Counted from the first letter of the stretch, positions 1-9,999 are shown. The stretch is DNA of 31,362 bases from an uncultured Ectothiorhodospiraceae bacterium (GCA_964342835.1 CAYFGJ010000001.1:1-31362); one strand, 5' to 3'. Translations and numbers: made by a program. The notes: generated from the letters alone by a model not told the origin.

Positions 1-1
1 A

Positions 2-544
2 GTTATAGGAACTATGGGCCAAATTAAATCTAAAATATATCTAGTTGAAAATGAGAATCAGATAGACAATATAGTTATAAAAAATGAAAAAATAGCTTAC
101 GTTACACAAACTACTTTATCAGTAGATGATACAAAAAAAATAATAAATAAAATTAAAAGAAAATTTCCTAATATTATTTGCCCATCAAAAGATGATATAT
201 GTTACGCAACACAGAATAGACAAGATGCTGTAAAAGAAATACTCAAATTATGTGATTGTTTGATCGTTGTGGGTTCTAAAAATAGTTCTAATTCTAGACG
301 ATTAACAGAATTAGCTGAAAAAAGAAATATACCAGCATATTTAGTTGATAATAAAAATGATCTTAATATTGATAAAATAAAAACAATGAAATTTATCGGT
401 ATAACAGCAGGTGCTTCTGCCCCAGAAAAATTAATTAACGAAATTATTGAATATTTAGAAAGTTTTGGAGCATCAATAACAAACTCAGATACAAAATTGA
501 TTCAAGAACATATTACGTTTACGTTACCAAAAGAATTAAGATAG
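2..544 (+). CDS. ispH: 4-hydroxy-3-methylbut-2-enyl diphosphate reductase, C-terminal part (5' end outside window)
   Basis: Frame open from base 2 (VIGTMGQ); motifs QTTLS, DDICYATQNRQ, VVGSKNSSNS, GITAGASAPE. The ATG at 14 is the internal GTMGQ Met, not the start. Confidence 0.95.
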   Translation, partial: VIGTMGQIKSKIYLVENENQIDNIVIKNEKIAYVTQTTLSVDDTKKIINKIKRKFPNIICPSKDDICYATQNRQDAVKEILKLCDCLIVVGSKNSSNSRRLTELAEKRNIPAYLVDNKNDLNIDKIKTMKFIGITAGASAPEKLINEIIEYLESFGASITNSDTKLIQEHITFTLPKELR

Positions 545-550
545 TAGAAA

Positions 551-904
551 TTATAAATCATGAGTAGTATTACTATCTAAATTTTCATCTAGTGGTGAAT
601 AATTTGGATCATTTGGATTGATAAAGATAAATTGATAATTATTCTGTTCTAACTCAACATAATCTAATACACAATGCTTTAAGTGTATCATTGAATCTGG
701 TGATATAATAATTTCTATATTATTAATTTTGAGTCTTAAATCCTCCTCTTTTGATTGATCAAAACCCATCATATAATTAAATTTCCCAGTTGAATCAACA
801 CTAACACCAATACGTAAAGGCCAATTTTCAGAATTACTCTCTTTAGCAGATTTCAAAATCTGATCACAAGCATTTTGACTTATATCAAAAATTTTTTTAT
901 TCAT
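551..904 (-). CDS. dsrR: IscA/HesB-like protein DsrR
   Basis: LRI...YMMGFD...LDYVELE...FIFINPNDP pattern of DsrR; last gene of the dsr operon; overlaps dsrN stop. Confidence 0.85.
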   Translation of the reverse strand: MNKKIFDISQNACDQILKSAKESNSENWPLRIGVSVDSTGKFNYMMGFDQSKEEDLRLKINNIEIIISPDSMIHLKHCVLDYVELEQNNYQFIFINPNDPNYSPLDENLDSNTTHDL

Positions 905-2267
905 TTCTTTTATATTTATCTATAAAACTTAAAAAGTTCTCTATCCATAATGATTGTCGTGTATCTCGCATATGGCTATAAGTTGCTACTAAATTTTTAT
1001 ATAAAATACCATCAGATTTGCCATTGACACCATGACCTCTTTTTACATTATATGCATACTTATATTTTTTTTTAAAAAATTTAATATCAGAATAATGAAA
1101 TTCATGTGCATTAATATTATTTTTACTAATTGGCCAAGGATGCTTATCACTGCAATTCAAAACTACATAACCTCGTCCAACTGGCTTTGAAAACATGTTA
1201 ATTTTAGCATCAATTATACCCACCATAGGGTATGATGCCTTGTTATAAGTGATATTTTTACATAAATACATTAACCCTCCGCATTCAGCATATACTGGCT
1301 TTCCATCTTCAATAAAATTATATATTTCTTTCATCAATAATCTATTTCTAGAGATTTTATTTGCAACTGTTTCAGGAAATCCACCTCCAATAAAAAGTCC
1401 ATCTACATTTGGTAATTTTTTGTCAGTTAGAGTATTAAAAAATTTTATAGAAACTCCATAATTTCTAATTTTTTCAATATCATCTGGATAATAGAATCCA
1501 AAAGCATTGTCTAATGCGACACCTATTCTTATTGATCTAAATTTTTTCTTATTTATATAAACTTTAGATATGCTACCTCTTAATTTTTTCTTTGGATTAG
1601 GTTTGAATATTTTCTTTATGTCCACAGAATTTTTTATAATTTTTGTTATTTTATTAATAATTTCTATAGATTTATTGTTTTGAAATGTTGGTTCTAATCC
1701 TAAGTGTCTTTCGATTATGTTTAATTCTTTATTTTTATGTATAGATCCAATAATTTCAAAATCAGTATATTCTTTAATTGAGTTTATTATTTTATTCTCA
1801 TGCCTATCATTTGCTATATTATTGAGTACAACACCAAAATATTTTATTTTTTTATCAAAGTTTTTATAACCTTGTAATAATGGTGCTATACCACGTGTGG
1901 TTCCAATACAATCTATAATTAATATAACAGACAAATTTAGCAATTTTGCCAATTGTGCGTTACTATCTTTCCCAGAAATACTTAATCCATCAAATAATCC
2001 CTTATTTCCTTCAGTAAGTGATACATTGGCATTAACTGTTTTTTCTTTAAATAACTTGAGTATTTCTCTATCTGACATAGTAAAAAAATCTAAATTATAG
2101 CAAAAATTTTTACTTGCTTGTTTTAACCATAAAGGATCAATATAATCTGGACCTTTTTTAAAAACAGCAACATTTTGATTTAAGTTACTAGCTATTCCAG
2201 TTAGACCTATAGTAAGCGTTGTTTTTCCTGATGATTTTTTAGTTGATGAAACAAGATAAGAGTTCAT
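897..2267 (-). CDS. dsrN: Siroheme amidase (cobyrinic acid a,c-diamide synthase family)
   Basis: KSSGKTT P-loop, FKKGPDYIDP, EGNKGLFDG, glutaminase domain GGGFPE...YAECGGLMYL, HEFHYS; dsr operon context. Confidence 0.93.
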   Translation of the reverse strand: MNSYLVSSTKKSSGKTTLTIGLTGIASNLNQNVAVFKKGPDYIDPLWLKQASKNFCYNLDFFTMSDREILKLFKEKTVNANVSLTEGNKGLFDGLSISGKDSNAQLAKLLNLSVILIIDCIGTTRGIAPLLQGYKNFDKKIKYFGVVLNNIANDRHENKIINSIKEYTDFEIIGSIHKNKELNIIERHLGLEPTFQNNKSIEIINKITKIIKNSVDIKKIFKPNPKKKLRGSISKVYINKKKFRSIRIGVALDNAFGFYYPDDIEKIRNYGVSIKFFNTLTDKKLPNVDGLFIGGGFPETVANKISRNRLLMKEIYNFIEDGKPVYAECGGLMYLCKNITYNKASYPMVGIIDAKINMFSKPVGRGYVVLNCSDKHPWPISKNNINAHEFHYSDIKFFKKKYKYAYNVKRGHGVNGKSDGILYKNLVATYSHMRDTRQSLWIENFLSFIDKYKRNE

Positions 2268-2275
2268 GAGAATAA

Positions 2276-3439
2276 TTAATTATTTTCATCGCTAGGAATA
2301 AATTTTAGATTAGATATCGTAGCTAGAATAATAAACAATGCTAGTGCTATACCGCCAACACCTAAAGCTATTTCATAAATCGAAGGTGTGTATGAATACA
2401 CGCCTGAGTCATAGAAAGAACTCTCGACAATTTCATGGTTAGGGAAAATATTAAGTGGAAATGCTTGTCCTCCAATAATTATTACCCAAATACCAATAAA
2501 ACCACCCACAATTACAAGCAAAGATGAGATAGATAAATTTTTGTCAGATAAAATAAAAATTGGAATAATAATCCCTAAAAATATTTGTCCAATCCAGAAT
2601 AATAATGTATAGGAACCGCCACTAAATAATATGAATAATTCATAATCAATATGTTTAGAAATATATATATTAGTAAGATGATATAATATTAAAAAATATA
2701 AATTTATATATAGAAAAATTTTTAAAAGTTTAGTAAAGCTTTTGGTAATTTCTATAGATACTATCTGTTTATTTAGTTTATATATCAAATTGAATAATAA
2801 ATAGTATATAGCAGTTCCATACAAAAGTGACATTACTATAAACAGAGGTGCTAAAATTGCAGTTGCATACGCCTCTCTTGCTATTAAAAAACCAAAAATT
2901 GAACCAGTACCAGTAGTGAGTACAATTCTCCAAATAAAAGCAAATTTACCAACAGCTTTTGAGTGTTTTTTTACAGTAAAATCTAACATTGACCATATGT
3001 ATATTACTAAAATTACAAAGAACCCACTATATAGAAAAATATTCCAAGCAAATATTGATTTAAAATTATATGTTGTCATTGCTACAATTAAACGATCTGG
3101 TCTTCCTAAATCTAAAACAAGAATTAGTAGTCCAGAAATAAGAAATGCTACAGCAAAAAGCGCAGATAACGGTGCTAATGGTTTAAACAAAGATTTATCA
3201 AAAACAGATGATAGAGTAGCTGTATTCAAAACGCCAGATGATATAACTATTAACATGACAGCAAAAACATGTGGTAATCCCCAAATTATTTGATTATTCA
3301 TTCCAGTTATATGATGCCCTTGTTCTTCCATTATATGAGCACTGAATAATCCTACTAATATAAAAATGCCTAATAGTGATAATAAAAACCAAAATATTTT
3401 CTGATCTATTTCTAATTTTGACATTAAATTACTTTTCAT
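2276..3439 (-). CDS. dsrP: NrfD/PsrC-family membrane subunit DsrP
   Basis: Polytopic hydrophobic protein with TGMNNQIIWGLPHVFA and LDLGRPDRL motifs; follows dsrO. Confidence 0.93.
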   Translation of the reverse strand: MKSNLMSKLEIDQKIFWFLLSLLGIFILVGLFSAHIMEEQGHHITGMNNQIIWGLPHVFAVMLIVISSGVLNTATLSSVFDKSLFKPLAPLSALFAVAFLISGLLILVLDLGRPDRLIVAMTTYNFKSIFAWNIFLYSGFFVILVIYIWSMLDFTVKKHSKAVGKFAFIWRIVLTTGTGSIFGFLIAREAYATAILAPLFIVMSLLYGTAIYYLLFNLIYKLNKQIVSIEITKSFTKLLKIFLYINLYFLILYHLTNIYISKHIDYELFILFSGGSYTLLFWIGQIFLGIIIPIFILSDKNLSISSLLVIVGGFIGIWVIIIGGQAFPLNIFPNHEIVESSFYDSGVYSYTPSIYEIALGVGGIALALFIILATISNLKFIPSDENN

Positions 3440-3441
3440 TT

Positions 3442-4179
3442 TTAAAATCCAGTATATGTTACTCTTTGATTAAGTTTCAAATCAGCCCGTAATTTGATAG
3501 ATGATGAATTTTTAAGACTTTTATTAACTCTGCTTGATGTATTAGCTAAATTTCCAAATGAGATAGCCTGATGTCCTTCATCAATACAGGCCTCTTCACA
3601 AGCGGTCATCTCTTTGCCTGCGTCTAATCTACCCACACAAAAATTACAACTTTCTACACATCCTTTACCTCTTGGAGCGTTAGTTAATTGTTCAGTTAAA
3701 TTTTCATGAACAAATGATCTTGCTTTAAATGGACATGCCATCATACAATACCTACACCCTATACATGTATGCTGATTTACCATAACAATACCATCTTCAC
3801 GTCTAAATGATGCGCCTGTTGGACAAACATCGCAACATGGTGGATTTTCACAATGCTGACAAAGCATGGGCAAAATTGTAATTTTATCTGTATTGATATC
3901 TTTTATCTTAACTTTTCTTATCCATTGTGGATCAGTTTTAGGTCTATTAAATCCATAAAGTCCATTCTCTTTATTACAAGCATCTATACAAGCAGTGCAA
4001 CTATCAGCACATTTTGCAGTATCAATATGCATAGCCCAACGAGTTTTGTTAGATACTTTTTGTGCAGGAGTTTTAGCTGCGAATGTTCGCTCTGATATAG
4101 AAGGAATAATATATATAACAGCTACAGCTGAAATAGATTTGATTAAAAATTGTCTCCTGCTAGTAGATGTACTATTCAT
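3442..4179 (-). CDS. dsrO: Periplasmic 4Fe-4S protein DsrO
   Basis: Tat signal SRRQFL; Cys motifs CxxxCxxCxxxC, CQHCENPPCCDVCP, CIGCRYCMMACP, CNFC...C. Confidence 0.95.
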   Translation of the reverse strand: MNSTSTSRRQFLIKSISAVAVIYIIPSISERTFAAKTPAQKVSNKTRWAMHIDTAKCADSCTACIDACNKENGLYGFNRPKTDPQWIRKVKIKDINTDKITILPMLCQHCENPPCCDVCPTGASFRREDGIVMVNQHTCIGCRYCMMACPFKARSFVHENLTEQLTNAPRGKGCVESCNFCVGRLDAGKEMTACEEACIDEGHQAISFGNLANTSSRVNKSLKNSSSIKLRADLKLNQRVTYTGF

Positions 4180-4639
4180 GATATTTTATGTTTAATTCTT
4201 TATTTAACTCTGAATGAACTTGAGAAATCATATTTATTTTATGTGTCTTCTTATTAAGGTATTTTTTGCTATATTTTGGTGTAGTTGCATGACATGTAAA
4301 ACAATCAATTTTTGTAGCTGTCTCAATATGACAAGTATAACAAAATTGACCCTCACTGTTTATAGGTATTGCTATACCATTCTCATCATAAGACACATGG
4401 CAATCAATGCAATTAGCCAAACTATGTTGTTTTGTTCTAATACCATCAATCACGGTTAAATCTCTATGATGATATAAAAATTCATAATGCTTTTTTCTCA
4501 TAATATCTGTAGGTTCTACACATTGTTTTAATTTATCAGCTTTTGATGATGTTGTGTGATGTTTATGATTATCATGAGAATATGAAATATTTGAGATAGT
4601 CATTGCTAGTATTAAGATGGTTCTAACAACTGAAATCAA
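4172..4639 (-). CDS. dsrJ: Triheme cytochrome c DsrJ (TTG start)
   Basis: Three CxxCH motifs (CIDCH, CYTCH, CFTCH), conserved CVEP...MR..H...L.H.RD.TV..GIR segment, signal peptide; SD GGAGA upstream of TTG at 4639. Confidence 0.92.
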   Translation of the reverse strand: MISVVRTILILAMTISNISYSHDNHKHHTTSSKADKLKQCVEPTDIMRKKHYEFLYHHRDLTVIDGIRTKQHSLANCIDCHVSYDENGIAIPINSEGQFCYTCHIETATKIDCFTCHATTPKYSKKYLNKKTHKINMISQVHSELNKELNIKYHE

Positions 4640-4661
4640 TTATCTTCTCCGATGTTTAAAT

Positions 4662-6635
4662 CTATTCACCAAGACCCATTTTAATATAACCTGTAGGACA
4701 AACATCGGCACAAATATGACAGCCTATACATTTATCATAATCAGTATCAACATATCTGCCCATTGTAGATGTATCTTTTTTTACTCTGAAAACAGCATCT
4801 TGAGGACAATAAATCACGCAATTATCACACTCAAAACACATGCCGCAGCTCATACATCGTGATGCTTCTTTGATGGCATCTTCTTCGGTTAGTCCAATGA
4901 TTCTATCTTCATAATGATCTATTACTTCATCGCCAGATGGTACAGCTTCACCTCTCTTCAACCGATCTTCATGTTTAAAATGTCCTAAAAATAATTCTGT
5001 ATGTGGTATAACTTCTTGTGCTGATCTATCTTCAAAATTATGGACTACGGCTTTACTATTATCTGTTCCTCTTTGTTTGTCTGGATTATCTAATGTAGGT
5101 GCATACGTATCTGGTTGTAAATCTGTTTCTCTCAATTTTTCTAAAAGATTAAAATGATGTACATCAACTTTAGGTCTTCTTTTAAAATCTTTATTCTCAA
5201 AATAACTTTTAATGGATTGAGATGCGATAGAACCCTGTCCGATTGCAGTTGTTAAAAGATGTGGTCTAATAATGTCTCCAGCTACAAAATGCCCTTCTTT
5301 AGTTTTATGTCTATAAAACTCATCAACTTCAAAAAATCCTTTATCATTTCCTAAATCTTCTAGACCTTCTATATCTGGTGCTTGACCAATAGCTGCAACA
5401 ATCAAATCAGCTTCTATTTTTTTCTCAGTATTGTCTATTGGTTTTGGTATATTATCCTCGAACACACAATCTGCAACATATATTGCAGTAGCACGATTCG
5501 AATCATCTTTTTCAATCCTTACAGGGATTACACCATTTATAATTTTAACACCTTCATGGACAGCATCATTTACTTCTTGTTCGGCTGCAGTCATTTCTTC
5601 TTTCTTAAATAAAGATGTTAGTGTTACATCTGCGCCTTCCTTACTGGCAGCTTCAGATACATCCTGAGCCACATATCCATGAATAATACTTTCTGGTCTT
5701 TCTTGTGGTTTTAAATTTGATATATGTCCTAATCTTCTAGCAACTGATACTACATCTATAGATGTATCACCACCACCAACACATACAACTTTTTTTGAAC
5801 CAACTTTTAATCTACCATCACAAAATGCTTCTAAGAAATCCACACCGCTAATACAATTCGTTGCATCACCACCTTCTACGGGTAGAGCTTTACCATTCCA
5901 ACACCCTATTGTCCATAACACTGCATCATGAGACTTTTCTACATCTTTAAGATCTATGTCTTTGCCAACCCTTTTGTTTAAAATAGTTTCAATTCCACCT
6001 AAATTTAGTATCCTTTCGATTTCTTTGTCTAAAAGATCTCTAGGAGTTCTATAACCAGGTATACCATATTTCATCATTCCGCCAAGTTCTGATCTTTCTT
6101 CAAAAATTGTTGAACCATATCCCATTTTCCTTAATTGAAAAGCTGCTGATAAACCAGCTGGTCCACCACCAATTATTGCAACTTTTTCTTTTTTTAATTT
6201 TGGCGCTTCTTCAAATTTATAATTCTCTTTCAAAGCTGTATCACCAATATATTGTTCAACTGCATTAATTCCGACAAAATCATCAACCTCGTTTCTATTA
6301 CATCCTGTTTGGCATGGTGCAGGGCATACTCGTCCCATTTGTGATGGAAAAGGATTTGCAGCAGTAGATCTTCTAAAAGCATATTCAGACATTGATAGAT
6401 CTTTAGGTGTTTTTTCAATACCTCTTACAATTTGAAGCCAGCCACGAATATCCTCACCAGATGGACAACTACCTTGGCAAGGTGGTGTTTTATGGATATA
6501 TGTTGGACATTTATGAGAATTATCTTCATTAAAAATTTGTTCAGAAAAATCATCATAAACATGCACACCATCTTCAAATCGACGATATGTATTATCTTTC
6601 TTCATAAGATTTATTTTCTTTTCTGTATCTGTCAT
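4662..6635 (-). CDS. dsrL: NAD(P)H:acceptor oxidoreductase DsrL (iron-sulfur flavoprotein), likely DsrL-1 type
   Basis: KTPPCQGSCPSGEDIRGWL, GRVCPAPC, GGGPAG, GGGDT, C-terminal CMSCGMCFECDNC and CIGCHICADVCP. It has TSLF where NADP-preferring DsrL-2 has YRR. Confidence 0.95.
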   Translation of the reverse strand: MTDTEKKINLMKKDNTYRRFEDGVHVYDDFSEQIFNEDNSHKCPTYIHKTPPCQGSCPSGEDIRGWLQIVRGIEKTPKDLSMSEYAFRRSTAANPFPSQMGRVCPAPCQTGCNRNEVDDFVGINAVEQYIGDTALKENYKFEEAPKLKKEKVAIIGGGPAGLSAAFQLRKMGYGSTIFEERSELGGMMKYGIPGYRTPRDLLDKEIERILNLGGIETILNKRVGKDIDLKDVEKSHDAVLWTIGCWNGKALPVEGGDATNCISGVDFLEAFCDGRLKVGSKKVVCVGGGDTSIDVVSVARRLGHISNLKPQERPESIIHGYVAQDVSEAASKEGADVTLTSLFKKEEMTAAEQEVNDAVHEGVKIINGVIPVRIEKDDSNRATAIYVADCVFEDNIPKPIDNTEKKIEADLIVAAIGQAPDIEGLEDLGNDKGFFEVDEFYRHKTKEGHFVAGDIIRPHLLTTAIGQGSIASQSIKSYFENKDFKRRPKVDVHHFNLLEKLRETDLQPDTYAPTLDNPDKQRGTDNSKAVVHNFEDRSAQEVIPHTELFLGHFKHEDRLKRGEAVPSGDEVIDHYEDRIIGLTEEDAIKEASRCMSCGMCFECDNCVIYCPQDAVFRVKKDTSTMGRYVDTDYDKCIGCHICADVCPTGYIKMGLGE

Positions 6636-6671
6636 ATCTATATAAGTTTATTCTACTTTTCTAATAAAGCT

Positions 6672-6680
6672 ATTATATCA
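6672..6680 (-). promoter_or_regulatory. Candidate internal extended -10 promoter (TGA-TATAAT) ahead of dsrL
   Basis: Perfect TGnTATAAT in the 58-bp dsrK-dsrL gap, the largest gap in the operon; no clear -35. AT-rich background limits significance. Confidence 0.35.
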
Positions 6681-6693
6681 TAAGAAAAAACAG

Positions 6694-8193
6694 CTAAACC
6701 TCTTTTTTATTCATAATTAGAGCATTTCCTACTAATTGATGAAGACTAACAATTTGGTCTAATTCTAGTCCATAATACTGAAATACCTTAGAAAACTGGC
6801 TTTTGCATATAGCACATATAGCTGCCATGTGTGTTACGCCTCTTTCTTCGACAACTTGTTTTAGAGCTTCCATTCTAGGTAGAGCACCTTTAACTCTTAA
6901 CTCTATAAGATCATCCGTCAGTAATCCGCCTCCACCTCCGCAACAGTAAGTTTTTTCTTTTATTGTTTCTTCGTCCATATCATAATAATTATTCACGACA
7001 GATTTGATAATTTTTCTAGGAATAGAAAATTGGCCACCAATAAAACCACCCATGTTTGATGCTCTCGCTACATTACATGAATCATGGTAAGTTAAAGTCA
7101 TTTCATCATTAGCAGATTTATCAAAATCTAAAACTTTTTTATCTATTAAATCATTGGTTACTTCACAAATATGCTGTGGAATTGGATACTTACTATCTAG
7201 AAAATCAAATGGTCCTGCAAGTGTATTTAGAAAACTATATGCAACTCTCCATGCATGACCACATTCACCAAATACAATTCTTTTTACATTTAATTCTAAT
7301 GCAGCTTCTCTAATACGAAGAGCTAACTTTCGCATATTTTCATAACTCCCAATAAACATACCAAAATTAGCAGCTTCACTTGCATGAGAACTTAAAGTCC
7401 AACTAACTCCAGCTTGATGAAATACTTTCGCATATCCAATGAGTCCATCAACATGTGGTTCAGCAAAAAAATCTGCTGAAGGAGTTACTAATAATACATC
7501 TGAATCTTTTTGATCAAGTGGAAATTTAACATCAATGCCAACTTCATCTACTACATCTTCTTCTAATCCTTCTAAGGTATCTACAAGAGCAGGTTCTGGT
7601 AAGCCTAAATTATTTCCAATCTTATGAACCTTACCAATTATTTCATTACAATATTTTTGTCCAACTCCAATAGAATCCATAACTTCTCTAGCAGCCATTG
7701 ATATTTCGGCCGTATCAATTCCAATCGGACAAAAAACTGCACATCTACGGCATTGTGAGCACTGATGATAATATGAATACCATTCATCTAATACTTCTTT
7801 CGTTAGATCTTTTGCGCCTACGAGTTTAGGAAAATATTTACCAGGTAAAGTAAAATATCTTCTATAGACACTTCTCATTAAATTTTGACGACCTACAGGC
7901 ATATTGTTAGGATCTTTAGTTCCAAGATAATAATGACACTTATCTGTACAAGCACCACATTGCATACATGAATCCAAATAAACTCTTAATGAGCGATATT
8001 TTTTAAGTAAGTCACCCATTTTATCAATAGCTTTATGTTGCCAATTATCAATTAATTCTCCAGGATAACCTAATGATGACTGAAATTCTTCTTTTGACTT
8101 GAATGGGGCTATATGTGATGTAGCTTCCTTTTCTAATGCAGGTATTACAGGGTATTCTCTAATTTTTGGTATATTAAATTTATTATCAGACAT
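6694..8193 (-). CDS. dsrK: DsrK, HdrD-like Fe-S catalytic subunit
   Basis: CMQCGACTDKC, CSQCRRCAVFCP, GECGH, YHDSCN, CCGGGGG (CCG domain), CAICKSQ. Confidence 0.96.
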   Translation of the reverse strand: MSDNKFNIPKIREYPVIPALEKEATSHIAPFKSKEEFQSSLGYPGELIDNWQHKAIDKMGDLLKKYRSLRVYLDSCMQCGACTDKCHYYLGTKDPNNMPVGRQNLMRSVYRRYFTLPGKYFPKLVGAKDLTKEVLDEWYSYYHQCSQCRRCAVFCPIGIDTAEISMAAREVMDSIGVGQKYCNEIIGKVHKIGNNLGLPEPALVDTLEGLEEDVVDEVGIDVKFPLDQKDSDVLLVTPSADFFAEPHVDGLIGYAKVFHQAGVSWTLSSHASEAANFGMFIGSYENMRKLALRIREAALELNVKRIVFGECGHAWRVAYSFLNTLAGPFDFLDSKYPIPQHICEVTNDLIDKKVLDFDKSANDEMTLTYHDSCNVARASNMGGFIGGQFSIPRKIIKSVVNNYYDMDEETIKEKTYCCGGGGGLLTDDLIELRVKGALPRMEALKQVVEERGVTHMAAICAICKSQFSKVFQYYGLELDQIVSLHQLVGNALIMNKKEV

Positions 8194-8205
8194 TTATCTC
8201 ACCAT

Positions 8206-8937
8206 TTAATTTTCTATTTCTTTTGCCCACTTTGAAATATGCCTCTTATCCCTTGCAGTATCAGTTTGATTTCTAGTTGGACTGAAAAACAATCCAGGTG
8301 CATGAAGTAACTTGCTGTAAGGAAATATTATCATTAATAATATAACTAAAGTTAAATGTATTAAAAGCATAAAATCATTCGGTAATTCATGTAATTCAAA
8401 ATACATTAATCCTAAAAAAAACTGTCTAACAGCTAAAATATCAGTTTGAAACCATTTCATCATTAATCCCGTTGAGGCAATAGAAATAATCAATATCAGT
8501 AACAAATAATCAGAAGGTGAAGATATATATCTAACTCTATCTACAAATATTCTTCTACCTAATAAACCTAATAACCCAAATATCATCACATATGCACCAT
8601 AATGGCCAGCCGCTTGAATAATATCAAATGAGACCCAGAACCAAACAGGGTCAGTAAAATATTTAAGATGCCTAAATGCTGCTAAAAGCAACGCAAAATG
8701 AAAGAGCCAACTAAATAGCCAAGTCCATTTAGTCGCAGAAAATAGACTTTCAAATAATACAACTTCTTTAAAAAACCTAAAAAGAACACCTTGTTTAGTT
8801 TGGGGTGCTGGTGGTGTTGGTATTTTAAGTGGAGCTGGTATAGTAGAATACTCGTATATTCTATATGCTAGACCAACAAAAAGTATCATTGTGGCGATAT
8901 AAAACATAACTGCATATAATATCGTCACAAATGACAT
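8206..8937 (-). CDS. dsrM: DsrM, NarI-like diheme cytochrome b
   Basis: P.PLKIPTPPAP, FHFALLL...RHL, LIH, FPYSKLLHAPG..FSPTRNQ.D. Confidence 0.94.
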   Translation of the reverse strand: MSFVTILYAVMFYIATMILFVGLAYRIYEYSTIPAPLKIPTPPAPQTKQGVLFRFFKEVVLFESLFSATKWTWLFSWLFHFALLLAAFRHLKYFTDPVWFWVSFDIIQAAGHYGAYVMIFGLLGLLGRRIFVDRVRYISSPSDYLLLILIISIASTGLMMKWFQTDILAVRQFFLGLMYFELHELPNDFMLLIHLTLVILLMIIFPYSKLLHAPGLFFSPTRNQTDTARDKRHISKWAKEIEN

Positions 8938-8964
8938 TATTAATTCTCCATGTATTTAAATTTA

Positions 8965-9297
8965 CTAAACGCAACCAGTTGGTTTTGGTAATCCAGCAAA
9001 TTTACATGCTTGTTTAGCTGGTCCATATGGAAATAGTTCATATAAATATTTACTATTACCTTTATCCTTACCAAGTTTCTTAGCTACAGCTTTAGTTAAA
9101 ACACGAACAGCTGGCGCAATTTGATATTCCTCATAATATTCACGTAGAAAATTAATTATTTCCCAATGATCATCGCCTAGGGTAATATCCTCAGCTTCAG
9201 CCATGACACTAGCTACATCTTTTTCCCAATCATTTAAATTGGCAAGATAGCCTTCTTCATCAGTTTCAAGTGTTTTACCATTTACTTCAATACCCAT
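8965..9297 (-). CDS. dsrC: Sulfur carrier protein DsrC
   Basis: TDEEGYL, HWEIINFLREYY, C-terminal GPAKQACKFAGLPKPTGCV with both conserved cysteines; SD AGGAGA. Confidence 0.97.
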   Translation of the reverse strand: MGIEVNGKTLETDEEGYLANLNDWEKDVASVMAEAEDITLGDDHWEIINFLREYYEEYQIAPAVRVLTKAVAKKLGKDKGNSKYLYELFPYGPAKQACKFAGLPKPTGCV

Positions 9298-9313
9298 ATT
9301 AGTCTCCTATTTT

Positions 9314-9616
9314 TTATAACCAAGTTTGAGTTTTTTCATGCTCAACTGTTAATTTGACAAAACCTTTATAACTTATTATCTCTATATTAGGGATTAGAGA
9401 ATTTTTATCAAGTCCTCTTGCCTTTAAGTCGGGATCTAAAACATAAAATTTAAAATTATTTAAATTCTCTTTTATAAGACTAGATACTTTAGTATTATCA
9501 AGAGCAGCATAAACCGCATCTTCGATTAACAAAATGGATGATCCTTCGTTTGCTAATCTAATACATGTTGCAAAACTATTTTTTTCGTATGGTGATTTGT
9601 TAACTGTATGTAACAT
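9314..9616 (-). CDS. dsrH: Sulfurtransferase complex subunit DsrH
   Basis: MLHTVNKSP, LLIEDAVY, DLKARG, Y.GFV.L. Confidence 0.95.
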   Translation of the reverse strand: MLHTVNKSPYEKNSFATCIRLANEGSSILLIEDAVYAALDNTKVSSLIKENLNNFKFYVLDPDLKARGLDKNSLIPNIEIISYKGFVKLTVEHEKTQTWL

Positions 9617-9999
9617 TAGAAATTAAAAATCACCTCGCTATCATTAATTAATTTTTTCATATCTTTTGATGTAATAATTTCAACATCTACCGATAAATCG
9701 TTTTCTTTAAGGCCTCTTTCGCTTAATGATTCTTTTTCAACATATATTTTTTCAACATCATACATTTCTAATGCAGAATATGTTTTTGAGAAATTTTTAG
9801 TATTAATATCCACTGTATCTTGATCTTTTTTTAATTGATAAACTCCATCATCTATAAAAGCTAAACTAACATCTTGTTCAAATGCTGCTGCAATTAAAAC
9901 AACTTCAAGTGCTTCATGCGCATAAATAGATCCATGTGGTGCACGTCTATTTACATATAGAAATTTTTTAACAATTCCACTTTCTGCCTGATCTTCCAT
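9616..9999 (-). CDS. dsrF: Sulfurtransferase complex subunit DsrF
   Basis: KKFLYVNRRAPHGSIYAHEALE, FIDDGVYQL, ESLSERGL. Confidence 0.95.
   Translation of the reverse strand: MEDQAESGIVKKFLYVNRRAPHGSIYAHEALEVVLIAAAFEQDVSLAFIDDGVYQLKKDQDTVDINTKNFSKTYSALEMYDVEKIYVEKESLSERGLKENDLSVDVEIITSKDMKKLINDSEVIFNF

Noticed and set aside
545-904. dsrS after dsrR, and dsrD/dsrT elsewhere
   Set aside because: The operon ends 6 bp from the convergent ispH; no ORF resembling these genes is in the window.
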